Below are positions 48,492 to 61,735 of a DNA stretch of 64,000 nucleotides, piece by piece. Each line of letters starts with the position of its first letter. Position 1 is the first letter of the stretch. This DNA is from Octopus bimaculoides (taxonomy: Eukaryota), in assembly GCF_001194135.2 (NCBI RefSeq), contig NC_068982.1, positions 58,066,445 through 58,130,444 of the forward strand. The letters run 5' to 3'. A model generated the notes under the pieces. It was given only the letters and a program-made list of their open reading frames with translations. It was not told the origin of the DNA and searched no databases. A program made the position numbers and the translations under genes.

Positions 48492-50254
48492 CTACTTACC
48501 ACACAACCACTCCTGCACCTATATGTATATAATTTTTCTGAATTTTTGCATAAACTGGCATTGCAGGCATAGCTGGTACAGAAACAATTGCAACTGATCA
48601 TTAAAGATGTGTTAAAGTATTTCTTTGTCCTGTCATTTGAATTAAACACACACACACACATACACACATTTCTACAGTTTCTATTCATCATGTTTACTCA
48701 CAAGGCATCAGTCAGCCTAGGACTATAGTAGAAAACACTTTCCCAGAGTGCCATGCAGTGGGACTGAACCCTAAAACTATGTGGTTGCAGAGCAAATTTC
48801 TTAACCACACAGCCATGTTTGTACCACTGTAATATTAAAGATTAGTGAGAGATTGTCCGAGTAAGCAATTTTAAATTCATATGATAAGCAAATCAAAAAT
48901 TTAGTAGAAAAGATAACATTAGACAAAGATCTATCCTATGGTTATAAGTTGCCTGCATAACAAACAGACTATTCTAAAAATCTTGGACAAGCATATGTTT
49001 GAGTACAAACTGAGATTTTACAGAGAAACCAGGTCTGTTCAGTTTATCAAGATGATGATTTATCAAGAAGCTTTTCAGTCTTAGCATAATTTTATCAATT
49101 CTTGGCTGTGAAATTCATCTAGGTAAAAAAAAAAACAAAGTTGGTGGGGGACAAAAAAATTTATCAAAAAAAATTTGGAAATTATACAAATGTGATAAAT
49201 AAGAAGTTAATGCCATTTCAACAATTTAGCAACTGTCTTTCCTTTTTTTTTTTCAATTTTTTTTTGTCTTTCCCATCTGCCCTGCCAACAGCATTAATAT
49301 ATCTGATTTCAATTTCAAGACAGGTTTGATGATAATAATAATAATAACAACAACAACAATAACAACACATTCCTTCAGCAGAAAATTGGAATAAAAGAAG
49401 AGAAATAAAATTTAAATTGCACAAAAACTTTGACAACAAAAAAAATGAAAATCAAATAAGATNNNNNNNNNNNNNNNNNNNNNNNNNNNNNNNNNNNNNN
49501 NNNNNNNNNNNNNNNNNNNNNNNNNNNNNNNNNNNNNNNNNNNNNNNNNNNNNNNNNNNNNNNNNNNNNNNNNNNNNNNNNNNNNNNNNNNNNNNNNNNN
49601 NNNNNNNNNNNNNNNNNNNNNNNNNNNNNNNNNNNNNNNNNNNNNNNNNNNNNNNNNNNNNNNNNNNNNNNNNNNNNNNNNNNNNNNNNNNNNNNNNNNN
49701 NNNNNNNNNNNNNNNNNNNNNNNNNNNNNNNNNNNNNNNNNNNNNNNNNNNNNNNNNNNNNNNNNNNNNNNNNNNNNNNNNNNNNNNNNNNNNNNNNNNN
49801 NNNNNNNNNNNNNNNNNNNNNNNNNNNNNNNNNNNNNNNNNNNNNNNNNNNNNNNNNNNNNNNNNNNNNNNNNNNNNNNNNNNNNNNNNNNNNNNNNNNN
49901 NNNNNNNNNNNNNNNNNNNNNNNNNNNNNNNNNNNNNNNNNNNNNNNNNNNNNNNTTTTTTTTTTTTTTTTTTTTTTTTGAGAGAGATAGAGAGAGAAGA
50001 GTTTCTCAATTAGAATAATTTCAGGTATCTGAGACACACAGTCAGCCAGAAATATTAACACTTCTGGCATGTTTAAGGTGTATGGCAGATAATAAGTCAT
50101 GTAGAGGACAAAGAAGAAAAGAAAAGGAATTAAAAAAAAAAAAACGACAGTCAATTATTCCAACTGCCACAACTACTTCTACTATTAACAATGATGATGC
50201 AAATATTTAATGTGACCTTCCAACCAGCTAGAAACAGTAACCAAATCTCCTTAC

Positions 50255-50680
50255 ATCATCATCATCAGCAGCAATATTCAACATCCATTTTCCATGCTGG
50301 CATGGGTTGGAGAGCTTGATAGGAGCTGGCAAGACCAGGCTGCTCCAAGTTCCATAGTCTGTTTTGGCTAGGTTTCTATGGTTAGATGTCCTTTCTAATG
50401 CTAACCACTTTACAAGTTGTACTTAGTGCTTTTTCATGTCACCAGTACTAATCCTTTTTATGTGGCACCAGCACCAGTGCTTTTTATATGGCACCAACAC
50501 CAGTGCTTTTTATATGGCACCAGCACCGGGGTTTCTTATGTTGCACTAGCACCAGGGCTACTTATGTTGCACCAGTGCTTTTTGTGGCATCAGCACCAAA
50601 GCTTCTCTTGTTGCACCAGCAGAAGTGTTTTTTATGTTGCGCCAGCACCGGTACTTTTTACATGGCACCATATTAAATAA
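50255..50680 (-). mobile_element. RTE 3' UTR with expanded ~26-bp tandem repeat
   Basis: (CAT)n tail and conserved UTR, then about 8 degenerate GCACCAGCACCAGTGCTTTTTATATG units at 50440-50670. Confidence 0.85.
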
Positions 50681-51172
50681 AGAAAAGACAAAGATAACAT
50701 AGCCTTATAAAATGTTGTTGCTGGCATACCTTTGGTCATAACTCTCAATCAGGGTTGAATGACCATTGGCTAAACAACATCAAATGACAAAAGCCTCTGC
50801 ATCTTTTCACCATCATCATTACCATCAACATTTTAGAGTTCACTTTTCCATACCTGCATGAGTCTGACAGAATTCAGTAAGACAGATTTTTTTTCTACAC
50901 CAAGACATTTTTCATCTCACCAACCTCCACCTATTTCCAAGCATGGTAATAATCCTCCAGACTATCAAGCAATGAACAGCCCAGACACAGTTATAAAGAG
51001 CCTTTTTTGTTTAAAAAGAGAGTGCAATATGTCAAGTAGCCCATTGTACAGAAGCATATAACACTGTCTGTATTGACAGTGAGGCTCTTTTGTTTTGTCT
51101 AGTCAGCAAACATGCAGAGAAAATACAAAAAGAAAATACAAAATCAATGACACAAACACATAAATACATATA

Positions 51173-51399
51173 TAGTAATCCCTCGACTATTGTGGGTGTT
51201 ATGTTCCAACCAACCTCCCTCCGCAATAGGTGAAAATCCACAAAGTAGAAACAGTACTGTACTGTATATTTTTTTTATTATTGTTATAATGTGTATATAT
51301 TTATTTTATTATAAATGGAAAATAACACCATGGAGGAGTCAATGTAAGCTTAAATAATAAACAGTGATAGGTGAACCACGGTATGGTGAGGGATTACTG
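51173..51399. mobile_element. pogo/Tigger-like MITE
   Basis: TA-TAGTAATCCCTCGAC ... GTGAGGGATTACTG-TA. Confidence 0.85.
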
Positions 51400-51413
51400 T
51401 ATTTTCACACATA

Positions 51414-51540
51414 CAGGGTGCCCACCAAGTCTGGGTACCTGGAGTAAATAAAATCATAACATAAACAATTAAATATAAGAAATAATAATTTCTTAAAGTA
51501 TGTGTTAATCCCCATGTACCCAAACTTTGTGGACACCCTG
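51414..51540. mobile_element. Tc1/mariner-type MITE
   Basis: TA-CAGGGTGCCCACCAAGTCTGGGTAC ... GTACCCAAACTTTGTGGACACCCTG-TA. Confidence 0.9.
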
Positions 51541-51559
51541 TATATATATCATTTATCTA

Positions 51560-51965
51560 TCACTTGTTTCAGTCACTAGACTGCAGCTTTGATGGGGCAC
51601 CACCTAGAAGGATTTTAGTGAAACAAACCAATGCCAGTACTTACTTTTCTTTAAAGCCTGGCACTTATTCTATCAGCGTCCTTTGTCAAACTGCAAGTTA
51701 CAGCAATGTAATTACATCAACATCAATTGACAAGTGGTGCTGGGGAACAAACAAATACAAACACACACACACACCCATACATAAATATATTCTTTTACTT
51801 GTTCAAGTCATTTCACTGCAACCATGCTGGAGCACTGCCTTGAAGGTTTTTAGTCAAACAAATCGACCCCAGGACTTATTTTTCAAGTCTATTACTTATT
51901 CTGTCAGTCTCTTTTGCCAAACTGCTAGGTTACAGGGATGTAAACACACCAACACCAGTTGGTTG
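51560..51965 (-). mobile_element. Two tandem 3' halves of SINE family A
   Basis: ACTTGTT(T)CA(G/A)GTCA starts at ~51562 and ~51797. Confidence 0.8.
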
Positions 51966-52004
51966 AAAAAATCAACCCCAGTACTTATTTTTAAAGGACA
52001 TCAC

Positions 52005-52300
52005 ATGGATCAGTGGTTAGAGTGTCAGGCTCACAATCATGAGGTAGTGAGTTTGATTCCCAGACCAGATCGTGTGTTGTGTTCTTGAGCAAGTCACTTT
52101 ATTTCACATTGCTCCAGTTCACTCAGCTGTAGAAATGAGTTGCAACATCACTGGTGCCAAGCTGTATCAACCTTTGCCTTTCTCTTGGATAACATTGTTG
52201 GTGTGAAGAGGAGAGGCTGGTATGCATGGGTGACTGCTGGTCTTCCATAAACAACCCTGCCTGGACTTGTGCCTTGGAGGGTAACTTTCTAGGGGCAATC
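52005..52300 (+). mobile_element. tRNA-derived SINE, family E
   Basis: TGGATCAGTGGTTAGAG (A box), GAGTTTGATTCCC (B box), then TTGAGCAAGTCACTTTATTTCAC...CTCCAGTTCACTCAGCTGTAGAAATGAGT. Confidence 0.75.
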
Positions 52301-52690
52301 CTGAAGGGGATCTTTACCCATTTTTTTACCTTTTTTTTTTTAGTCTGGCAAGTGGTGGTGTTGGGACAAACTCAAGCACATGCATACATATATACAGATA
52401 TGACAAACTTCCACACAGTTTCCATCAACCAAATCCACTTACAGGGCATTGGTCAGCCTGGAGCCATAGTAGAAGACACTTGCCCAAAATGCTGCACAGT
52501 GAAAAACTTAGAAGAATAACACAGTCATTATTAAGCTGGTGTTTGGAACATAAATTAACATGGAATTTTGATGGAATGTTTTAATTTAAATGACTTTATA
52601 ATGAAGTTTGTATCATGGAACAAAGGGTGGTCTCAGGTGGGTTGGTACCAATAAGGTAAAAGGCCCTTAAAGGCCAAGTGGAAAAGGTAA

Positions 52691-52910
52691 CCCTTTGTCA
52701 TTCAGGTTACTCTGTCAAATGTAATGCTTATATATTTACATTATTTTGAATTACTCTTGCATTGTCTTGTAGCTTTGGGATCTCAATGATGTGACTCTTT
52801 ACCTCAGGAGTGACAATGTAGGGTAGGTGTAAGAGGACAGATATGGCTAGTTCGAACATAAAACAGGAAGAATATTTGGGCTAGATATGGCTGGTTTAAA
52901 TGCTAAAGGG
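52691..52910. mobile_element. TTAA MITE family P
   Basis: GTAA-CCCTTTG ... ATGCTAAAGGG-TTAA. Confidence 0.85.
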
Positions 52911-54004
52911 TTAAACCAAGTGATGGCTTAAGACCATTGTACCCTATGCAACAGAGTAAACTCCATTAAAAGCACCTAAGGGCAAATTCCAAGGAAGCAA
53001 TTTCTTCTATGGAAGTCATCATTATGATCACATGTATAGCACTATAGTATCCCTTTCTAATTCAGTCCATTTTATTCCATCCAATAAGCCTCATTTTAAC
53101 AAGATCTCAATTGGAAGATTTCATAAATTGTAAGGTTGTACTTGTTTAGCAAATGACTTTGATCAGAGACTGTCTGTTTGAAACTGGAATGATTTCTTTG
53201 AAGTAGAGACATTATAGCCTGTTAAAACACACACACATACATACATACATACACTTGTAAATATAGATATCTACATACATATATGCATTATATACATAAA
53301 CATGTACATATATATATACATATATCTGTGTGCAGACATATATATATATATACAGATGTACACATTTACATTATATATATATATATTTATATATATATTC
53401 ATCATTATTTTACTCTGTGCACTTTGTATGGTGTTAGAATATTTTGTATATCATACGATTCACAAAATAATAAAAAAACTGAATATGATAGCATATGCCT
53501 CCCCCTGCTCTCTCTGTCTCTACACACACATAGACATACATACACACACATACTTTAGTTTAAATGCCCACAGTGGCTATTTATAAAATTTCACAAGAAC
53601 TTGTATAATTAGTATTCTCTAACCTCTCTCTTTTTCCTCTCTACAAGCATTTAACCTAAGTTACATGAAGATACTCCAATCCTGCCACAATGAAAATAAA
53701 TGTAAACCAATGCTGACCTACTAAAAATAGGCAAATCTCCCTCACGTACACACATGGCCATCTTAAAAAAATGTAAGCTAGGGTGGATCTTGAGCTCTAG
53801 GTTTTCTATACAGTACACATCGATAGGATGGTGATAGTTGGAACCCTCTTGATCATCGGATGACTTGTCTAACAAGCAACAAACCAATGAGGAAGCTGGT
53901 TTGTCAACCTGCTAAAAATGGCTGCAGCCAAGCCTCACCTAGATTTACAATGATCTACCTTAACAAATGCACTGTACATTACATAATGTAGCCTAAATAT
54001 ACAT

Positions 54005-54515
54005 CATCATCATCATTTAGTGTCTGTTTTCTATGCTGGCATGGGTTAGATGGTTTGACTGGAACTGGTAAGCTAGAGAGTTGCACCATGTTCCAGTCTG
54101 TTTTGGTTTGGTTTCCACAGCTGGATGCCCTTCCTAACACCAACCACTCCACAGAGTGTACTGGGTGTCTTCTACATGTCACTGGCACAGGTGCCCTTTA
54201 CGTGTCACCAGCACAGGTGCCTATTGCACGTCAGCAGCATGGGTGCCTTTCATGTGTAACTGGTACAGGTGCCTTTTACATGTCACTAGCACTGGCCGAG
54301 ATTACAATTTCACTTAGCTTGATGTGTCTGCTCAAGCACAGAAAAATCTTCAAAAGTCTCAGTCATTTGTCATTGCCTCAGTGAGACTCAACATCTAAGG
54401 ATCATATTTCACCACTTCATCTCACATCTTCCTGAGTCTACCTCTTCCACAGTTTCCCTCCACAGTTAGAGATCGATACTTCTTTATGCAGCTGTCTTCA
54501 TCCATACACAAAAAT
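54005..54515 (-). mobile_element. RTE LINE 3' end
   Basis: MDEDSCIKKYRSLTVEGNCGRGRLRKM*DEVV...LSLTEAMTND*DF*R contiguous with the UTR and (CAT)n. Confidence 0.9.
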
Positions 54516-55464
54516 GGTTCATCAGTTACTGCCACTCAAAACATCTTAGCTTTTTAACATTTAAATTGGTCGTATTGGGCTTAAATATTGTGGCTGTTTT
54601 ATATTTGAACCAGTCAGATCCAGCCTCTCACACCTATCCTACAATATCATCCTAATAATAAACAAACACAGTATTGAAATCTTGAAGCTACAAGATAATG
54701 CATGATTAATTCAATCTTATGATAATTCTGTTCCTCCATTACATAGCCTGTCCATAATGCTGCCACGTGATTAGTTGAAGGGGAGGGATGGGGATGAGAA
54801 GAGGAGAGAGATGGGGGATGAGAAGAAGAGGAGAGAGATGGGAGAGGAGGGAGAGAGGGAGAAAGGTGGTGGTGAGTGAAATGTGTACTTTTGTTTTTTT
54901 AACTAAGTTCTTTTTTCCTCTGTTACTTAGCTTGTCTGTAACACTCTCATGTAATTAGTTGAAGAAAAAGGTGAAGAGCAAAAGAAAAAGGAGAGAGAAA
55001 AAGAGGGTAGGGTGAAGAGTGAGAGAGAAAGAGGGAGAGTGCTGTATATTAAGTCTATAAAATTGTGCATAAAGTATATAAAGTGTATATATAAAGTGCA
55101 TTAAGTAATTGTCGTATTCCAAATTTCCTTCACTTTTCAATGATTAGCAGACGAGCGACTATCTTTTGATTCAGACACAACACAGGTTACACTTTGAGGT
55201 CTTTTGGATAAAAGTTTCAGAAATAACCCAATAAGTTTACCATTAATTCCATGAAATATTCACGGGTTCTACCCATTCAAAATAACATGGAAAAACATTA
55301 CATTTGACAGAGAAATCTAAATGATAAAGAGTTAAGGCTTATTAGCAAGAATTGTCTTTACCTTATATCAGAACTCCTCTAGGTCAACTACATACCCTAT
55401 TTCTTATATTACCCAACAATGGTGTGTTGTTGCCATTTTGAAATATAGTGAAAGTTAAGATACT

Positions 55465-55625
55465 GCAGGTATGGCTGTGTGGTAAGAAGCTTGCTTCCTA
55501 ACCACATGGTTCCAGGTTCAGTCCTATGTGGCACCTAGAGTAAGTGTCTTCTATTATAGCCTCAAGCCAACCAAAGTTTTGTGAGTGGATTTGATAGATG
55601 GAGACTGAAAGAAACCCATCGTTAC
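55465..55625 (+). mobile_element. SINE family A, 5' half
   Basis: GGTATGGCTGTGTGGTAAGAAGCTTGCTTCCTAACCACATGGTTCCAGGTTCAGTCC. Confidence 0.85.
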
Positions 55626-55725
55626 AAAACAATGTTTGACCTGTTCTTAGCATATGAAACTAATAGTAGTACATAAAACATGTATTGTGTTTATTTGATA
55701 ATATGTGTGTGTGTGTATGTGTGTG

Positions 55726-55765
<40 letters not shown>

Positions 55766-56325
55766 ACTGTGGGTGGAAGAACTGGTAGAATATCACACAA
55801 CATACATCGTATTTTTAAAAGATGTCACTTCATGTTCTAAGTTTATGTCTTATACATGAGAACTTAGCCATTCTTCTTCTGAAAGTTATTAAAGAAAATA
55901 ACCAGCCAAGTAGTAAGGCTAACATATTCAACATATCATTGAATGTGCTGCCCCAGTTTGGTCACAGACTAATAACCAAAACCAGTAAAAGAATATTTAA
56001 CAACAGATATCTTTTCTGCAAGGTCACCAAGTTGTGACATGTCAAGATAGCAGCATTTAAAAAAAAAAATTCTAATCTTTATTGATCTCTGTCCTTTTGA
56101 TTTTTTTATTTGTCTCGTTCCTATTCTTAAAACAAATTCACATTTCATGTGTGTGCATTTAAGATGATTTTTCCTTTTATTTTTTGTACATCAAGCAACA
56201 ATATAGAGGTTTCCTTGTTGGTTTGAGTGAACAGATCAATGATCTAAGTCATTCTAGTTGTAATTATCTTGACTTTTTGTATTATGTGTCCCATTTTTTT
56301 TTTAAGATGTATGGAGGCAATTTAA

Positions 56326-56540
56326 CCCTATAGGATTCAGATTACTCTGTCAAATGTTATACTTATTCATTCGTTTTGAATTACGCATGCATTATCTTGT
56401 AGCTTTGTGAAGTCAATCATGCAATTGTTATTTTTCAGAATGACATTGTAGGATATGCATGGGAGGCCAGATTTGGCCAGTTTGAACATAAAACAAATAG
56501 AATGTTTGGGCCAGATATAGCTGGTTTAAATGCTAAAGGG
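56326..56540. mobile_element. TTAA MITE family P, intact (215 bp)
   Basis: TTAA (56322-56325) CCCTATAG ... GCTAAAGGG TTAA (56541-56544). Confidence 0.9.
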
Positions 56541-56842
56541 TTAAATGAATTTGGTTACAATCTCCATCAATTTGAGAAGTCATAAGCAGAGTCTTTCTTT
56601 ATTGGCTACTTAAGTATGACTGAAATTTTGTATCTGCTTCTCTCTTGTTATTTTTCATACTTTTATAATTTTTATATTTTCATATCAGTGTCATTGATCA
56701 AGAAATTGGAATTAGATTTACCTGACATAAACAGATAGAGTGCTAAAGAGTTGCACAAGTGTTTACAGCTATATTGCACCTGTAACCTGACTATAACATC
56801 AGGACAAGCTTGATTAATCATAGAGGGTGGCTCATAATTTTA

Positions 56843-57726
56843 CATGAAGTGGTATCAAAAGGCCTCTGGACTAGTTATGTGTAATAAAAAAAATAACTTA
56901 TTTACCTAAGTTTTAACATCATTTCCTTCGAAATAGTCACCTTGTGCAGCAATAAACCAGTCCTACGACTTTTGGAATCCAGCCTCAAAGCAATATTCTG
57001 TGAGTCAAAGACCTTCTGTGATTCATTCTGGATCTTGACAATGGTGTTAAAACAGCAACCTTTGAGCTGCATTTTCATCTTGGGGAAGAGATGGAAGTCT
57101 GCATTGCCAAATCTAGTGAATAGGGCAGGTAAGGAAGTGACGCCATGCTTTTGGCAAGAAACTCATGAGTGTGAGGAGAGCACGGTGAAGAATTCAATTC
57201 TTCGTGCTCCACAGATCTGATTGCTCTCACCAAATGTCCTCCCTCAAACACTTCCAAACACCACAGTATAACTCATAAATGATAGTCTGGCCCTGGGGGA
57301 TGAATTCTTGATGCACAATACTGCAGATGTCAAAAAACAAAAAAGAAACAATGAGCATGCTCTTGACTGAGTTGCAGCCTTGTCATGCCATCTTCAGTCA
57401 TGGAGATGAAGGACTATTCTATAGTGATGACTGCTTCTTCATCTTAGGGTCGTAACTAAAGCATACTTAATGTCTCTGTAGCAGACTTCCCAAGTTTAAT
57501 GTTGGCTTTTTGTTCCAACTTCTTGTCCATGACAAAATTGCAGACTACAGCATGCACATGATCACAAAAAGACAAACTTCACAACTTGTGAAGTAAACAC
57601 AGCAATATCACTTAGCACATTGCCTCATGAAGGTTACTGCTAGCTCTCACTGTGCATGCAACCATGTGCTGCCATCTGTTGGTGTGCTACAGAACTAGTC
57701 TGGGAACTTTTTGACACCATCTCATA
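56843..57726 (-). mobile_element. mariner transposon, internally deleted, transposase pseudogene
   Basis: TIRs ATGAGATGGTGTCAAAAAGTTCCCAGACTAGT / ATGAAGTGGTATCAAAAGGCCTCTGGACTAGT. Translation MDKKLEQKANIK..LGKSATETLSML | SYDPKMKKQSS...KSMLIV..FFDI..IVHQEFIPQGQTI...LPYLPYSLDLA.(fs)DFHLFPKMKMQLKG...AAQGDYFEG. Confidence 0.92.
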
Positions 57727-59079
57727 AAAGTAATGTTTTAACACACATTTATACAGAAATATTACAGAAAAGAATTGCCAGAATCATAGGAGCATTGGAT
57801 AGAATATCTTGCAGCATTCATACTGATTCTCTTGGCTTCGAGTGAAAATCTTGCCATGGTTAAAATTTCAACCATTCGAGGTTGATAAATACATATTACC
57901 AGTGAATTCTTCTGGACTGATTCAGCCTTGTCACAGCGTGTAACATTAATCTGACCAGAGAACTGCATTACAAATACACAAATTTGTAGAATGCTTAGTC
58001 ATTTAAACAGTAGTTTAAGGAGCTGTATGTGAAGTTATTTATATGTATACATTTGGTTGAACAACTGAATGCCCATCATGGAGACTGACTGAGTATCCAC
58101 CACAGAAATATCAGGGTTGAGGGAGCAGAGAGGGCAAACTTTTCAGAGATGTCTAAACCACACTTGGCCTTTCCTTGTCTACATCTATAAGCGATATTTC
58201 TCAAGAGCTGGGATAATATTCTTTAGGAATTTGTAAAGGAAGCTCACAGATCACAATGTAAAAGTTTGTAAACATTGAGATAATCATATACTATGAGAAG
58301 ACAAGAATCCTTTAATTTTCAAAAATTTTCATAAAAGAAGGGTTTTATTGAAATGTCACGATATTTGCCTCCATACAGCAAGCAAATTTACCCAAATTTG
58401 CCAACGTAACTAAATAAGTTTTGCTGACACATAGACCATTATTAGTTTCTTTGAGTTCTTGTTTTTATTTTCACTCCATAAACTTTGTACCAGAATCTTA
58501 GCAAGTGAGACAACTCTTCCCTTCCATTCATGCATGTGTTAGAGGTTACTTTAATTAATTTATTGAAATTTGAAAAATCTTAAGAAATATCGATAGAAGA
58601 AAATCTGAAAGCAAGAAAGAAAAGAACTTAAGGTTACAAACGTCAAATGCCTCACCAGCTTTCTCCCGATGTCGCATACACACACGCCATTCACTCAGCC
58701 TATATAACTGTTTTATAACGGTACCTAATTAGATCCATGTCGATGATAAGGCTTCTCTACGCAAGTGTTTCTCACTTCCCACCATCTTGTTGAAGTAATT
58801 GACGGAGACAAGTATTTATCTCAAAATTTGTAGCCCTCTTTGTGTCAGTGTGAGAGAAGAGATGATGTATGTATACTCATATACACTAACGTACACAATT
58901 TCGCTGACACATGCTAACTATGTATAATGAACAGACATACACAATGTTTCATAGAAACATACAGAAGAGAGAGAGAGAGGGGGGGGGGAAGAGGGAGTGC
59001 GTGTGTGTAAACAGAATAAATGAATATATTTCATTTACCTATTCCATTTGTGCACATTCACTTATGAATGTGCACAACA

Positions 59080-59288
59080 CACACATTCATACAGGCATAC
59101 ATACATATAGATTCATGCATATATCTATATATGCACACATAATCATACCTATATCTATATACATACATTTATCTTTCTCTCTCTCTATCTATCTATCTCT
59201 CTCTATATATAGATAGATATGTCATAGATAGACAGATGTGTGCATGCAGAATGTACGTGTATTATCTATATGCATACAAATATATGTA

Positions 59289-59326
<38 letters not shown>

Positions 59327-59353
59327 TGCACACACACACACACATATACACAT

Positions 59354-59386
<33 letters not shown>

Positions 59387-59418
59387 CATATATACACACA
59401 TGCATACACACACACATA

Positions 59419-59453
<35 letters not shown>

Positions 59454-59530
59454 TACATATACACACATACAGATACGCACAGATATATGCATGTATGTTA
59501 TATATATGTATGAATGTATAAATCAACACG
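59080..59530. repeat. Compound (CA)n/(TA)n/(CT)n microsatellite region
   Basis: Directly visible. It is the source of several spurious ORFs. Confidence 0.95.
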
Positions 59531-60060
59531 TATGTATACTGTGCCCGAATGGTTTCCTTCACTATATTTAGAGAATAGTTATCTCGTTCCGTTGCCATAC
59601 ACACAAATAATAAAAGAGTTGCTTTTCAAACAGTAATAAAATGTCCTCGGTCTAAAGTGCAGACGTATAAATGCCTGAGTAGGTTTATCATCAAACAGCA
59701 AGCTTTTGGCGACAGCACTTCTTTAGAATGAATGAAGGGACAGAAGAAGAAAACAAGAGTGGGAGACAGAAACAAATAAACAAGAATCTGAGGTCAAAGT
59801 AAAAGCTATGAATGAACTTCGAAAGGAGAATAATGAGAGAAAGAGTAAGGATGGTTGAAAGAAAATACATAAAATTAGTTGATAAAATGTACGTAAAGGA
59901 GAATTATTGATAAAAAAAAAAGAAAAAAGATACAAAGAGAGATGGATGGAAAAGTTCGTTGACAGAAGACTTATGCTGTTTCAACATCATTTGCTACTGA
60001 CCCTTCCAACTCTTGTTTTACATACATACATATATGTAGATATACATATGTGTCTGTATG

Positions 60061-60107
<47 letters not shown>

Positions 60108-60732
60108 NNNNNNNNNNNNNNNNNNNNNNNNNNNNNNNNNNNNNNNNNNNNNNNNNNNNNNNNNNNNNNNNNNNNNNNNNNNNNNNNNNNNNNNNNNNNN
60201 NNNNNNNNNNNNNNNNNNNNNNNNNNNNNNNNNNNNNNNNNNNNNNNNNNNNNNNNNNNNNNNNNNNNNNNNNNNNNNNNNNNNNNNNNNNNNNNNNNNN
60301 NNNNNNNNNNNNNNNNNNNNNNNNNNNNNNNNNNNNNNNNNNNNNNNNNNNNNNNNNNNNNNNNNNNNNNNNNNNNACATACATACACGCAGACAGACAA
60401 TAACAATAATTTTTGTAACGACTCAAAGCCTAAGATTCACAGATGAAGTTGTTAATATTGTCTAACCCCCAGGTCAGTCATGATCTCGAAGAATTATGAT
60501 CAAATGCATTCTAACCATAACCATTATGTTTTTTTCTTTTTTATGTACATCAAAGATTGCATTTTCCAGTAGTCATTTTCTTTTAGTACACTAGGGTAAG
60601 ATTTGACAAAGTTTTAGCTCTTATTTATAGCAAATCGAGAAATTACATAGACACTCTGGTTAGATTGACAGAAGTGGCCTTAATCTTCGGTTATAATTCT
60701 ATGCACATCTAGGATGTTTTGCAGTAAAATCG

Positions 60733-61148
60733 GTATACTTAAATAAGTGTGCCTCCCACCATAGACTTTGTTTCTTCATAACTTTCATAAAAAATGGAAG
60801 TTTTCTAATGGAATTTTCTATAGATACCTTTCAGAATGTGCAGATTACAATTATACCTGGACTTTAAAAAAGAAAATTGGTGAGCACGTACACATGCATA
60901 CAGATACACATAACAAAAATGTCTACAAAATGAGAACCTGAAATTTAAAAAAAAAAAAAAAAAAAAGTGATGGGTGTCAGTATGTAATGTGAGTATACTC
61001 ACCAATTTTTTAGCACTGAATTCCAATATAGTGGTAATCTACACCATCTGAAAAGTATTTGTAGAAAATTTCATTAAAAAAAAAATCTATATTTCTGAAA
61101 GTTATGAGGAAACAAAGTCAGAGGGAGTGCACTCTTATGTAGGTATAC
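60733..61148. mobile_element. Old foldback MITE, ~150-bp degenerate arms
   Basis: GTATACTTAAATAAGTGTGC...GACTTTGTTTCTTCATAACTTTCA...AAATTGGTGAG (60733-60886) is the diverged reverse complement of 60996-61148. Confidence 0.85.
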
Positions 61149-61159
61149 AAGACTATTAA

Positions 61160-61735
61160 CCCTTTAGCAATTAACCTGGCCATATCCAGCTCAAATATTC
61201 TACCTGTTTTATGCTGAAACTGACCAGATCCAGCCTCTCACACCTACCTTACAACACAACATTCTCAAATTAAACACATCTTCAAAATCTTTAAGCTACA
61301 AAATATTACATACTCTATTACTCTTTTACTTGTTTCAGTCATTTGACTGCGGCCATGCTGGAGCACCGCCTTTATAGTCGAGCAAATCGACCCCAGGACT
61401 TATTCTTTGTAAGCCTAATACTTATTCTATCGGTCTCTTTTGCCGAACCGCTAAGTTACGGGGATGTAAACACATCACCATCGGTTGTCAAGCGATGCTG
61501 GGGGGGGGGGACAAACACAGGCACATATACACACACATACATACATATATATATACACATATACGACGGGCTTCTTTCAGTTTCCGTCTACCAAATCCAC
61601 TCACAAGGCTTTGGTCGGCCCGAGGCTATAGTAGAAGACACTTGCCCAAGATACCACACTGCCACTCCTGCGCCTATGATTAATTTTTTAAAATGTGGAT
61701 AAATAAGCATTACATTTAATCTGAATGTTAAAGGG
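61160..61735. mobile_element. Family-P TTAA MITE containing a young family-A SINE (~61312-61678, minus)
   Basis: TTAA-CCCTTTAGCA ... TGTTAAAGGG-TTAA. The SINE head has an internal deletion (CCCAAGATACCACAC joined to TGCCACTCCTGCGCC). Confidence 0.9.

Noticed and set aside
54778-54880. G/A-rich tract with G4 or triplex potential
   Set aside because: Ordinary low-complexity purine repeat with no supporting context.
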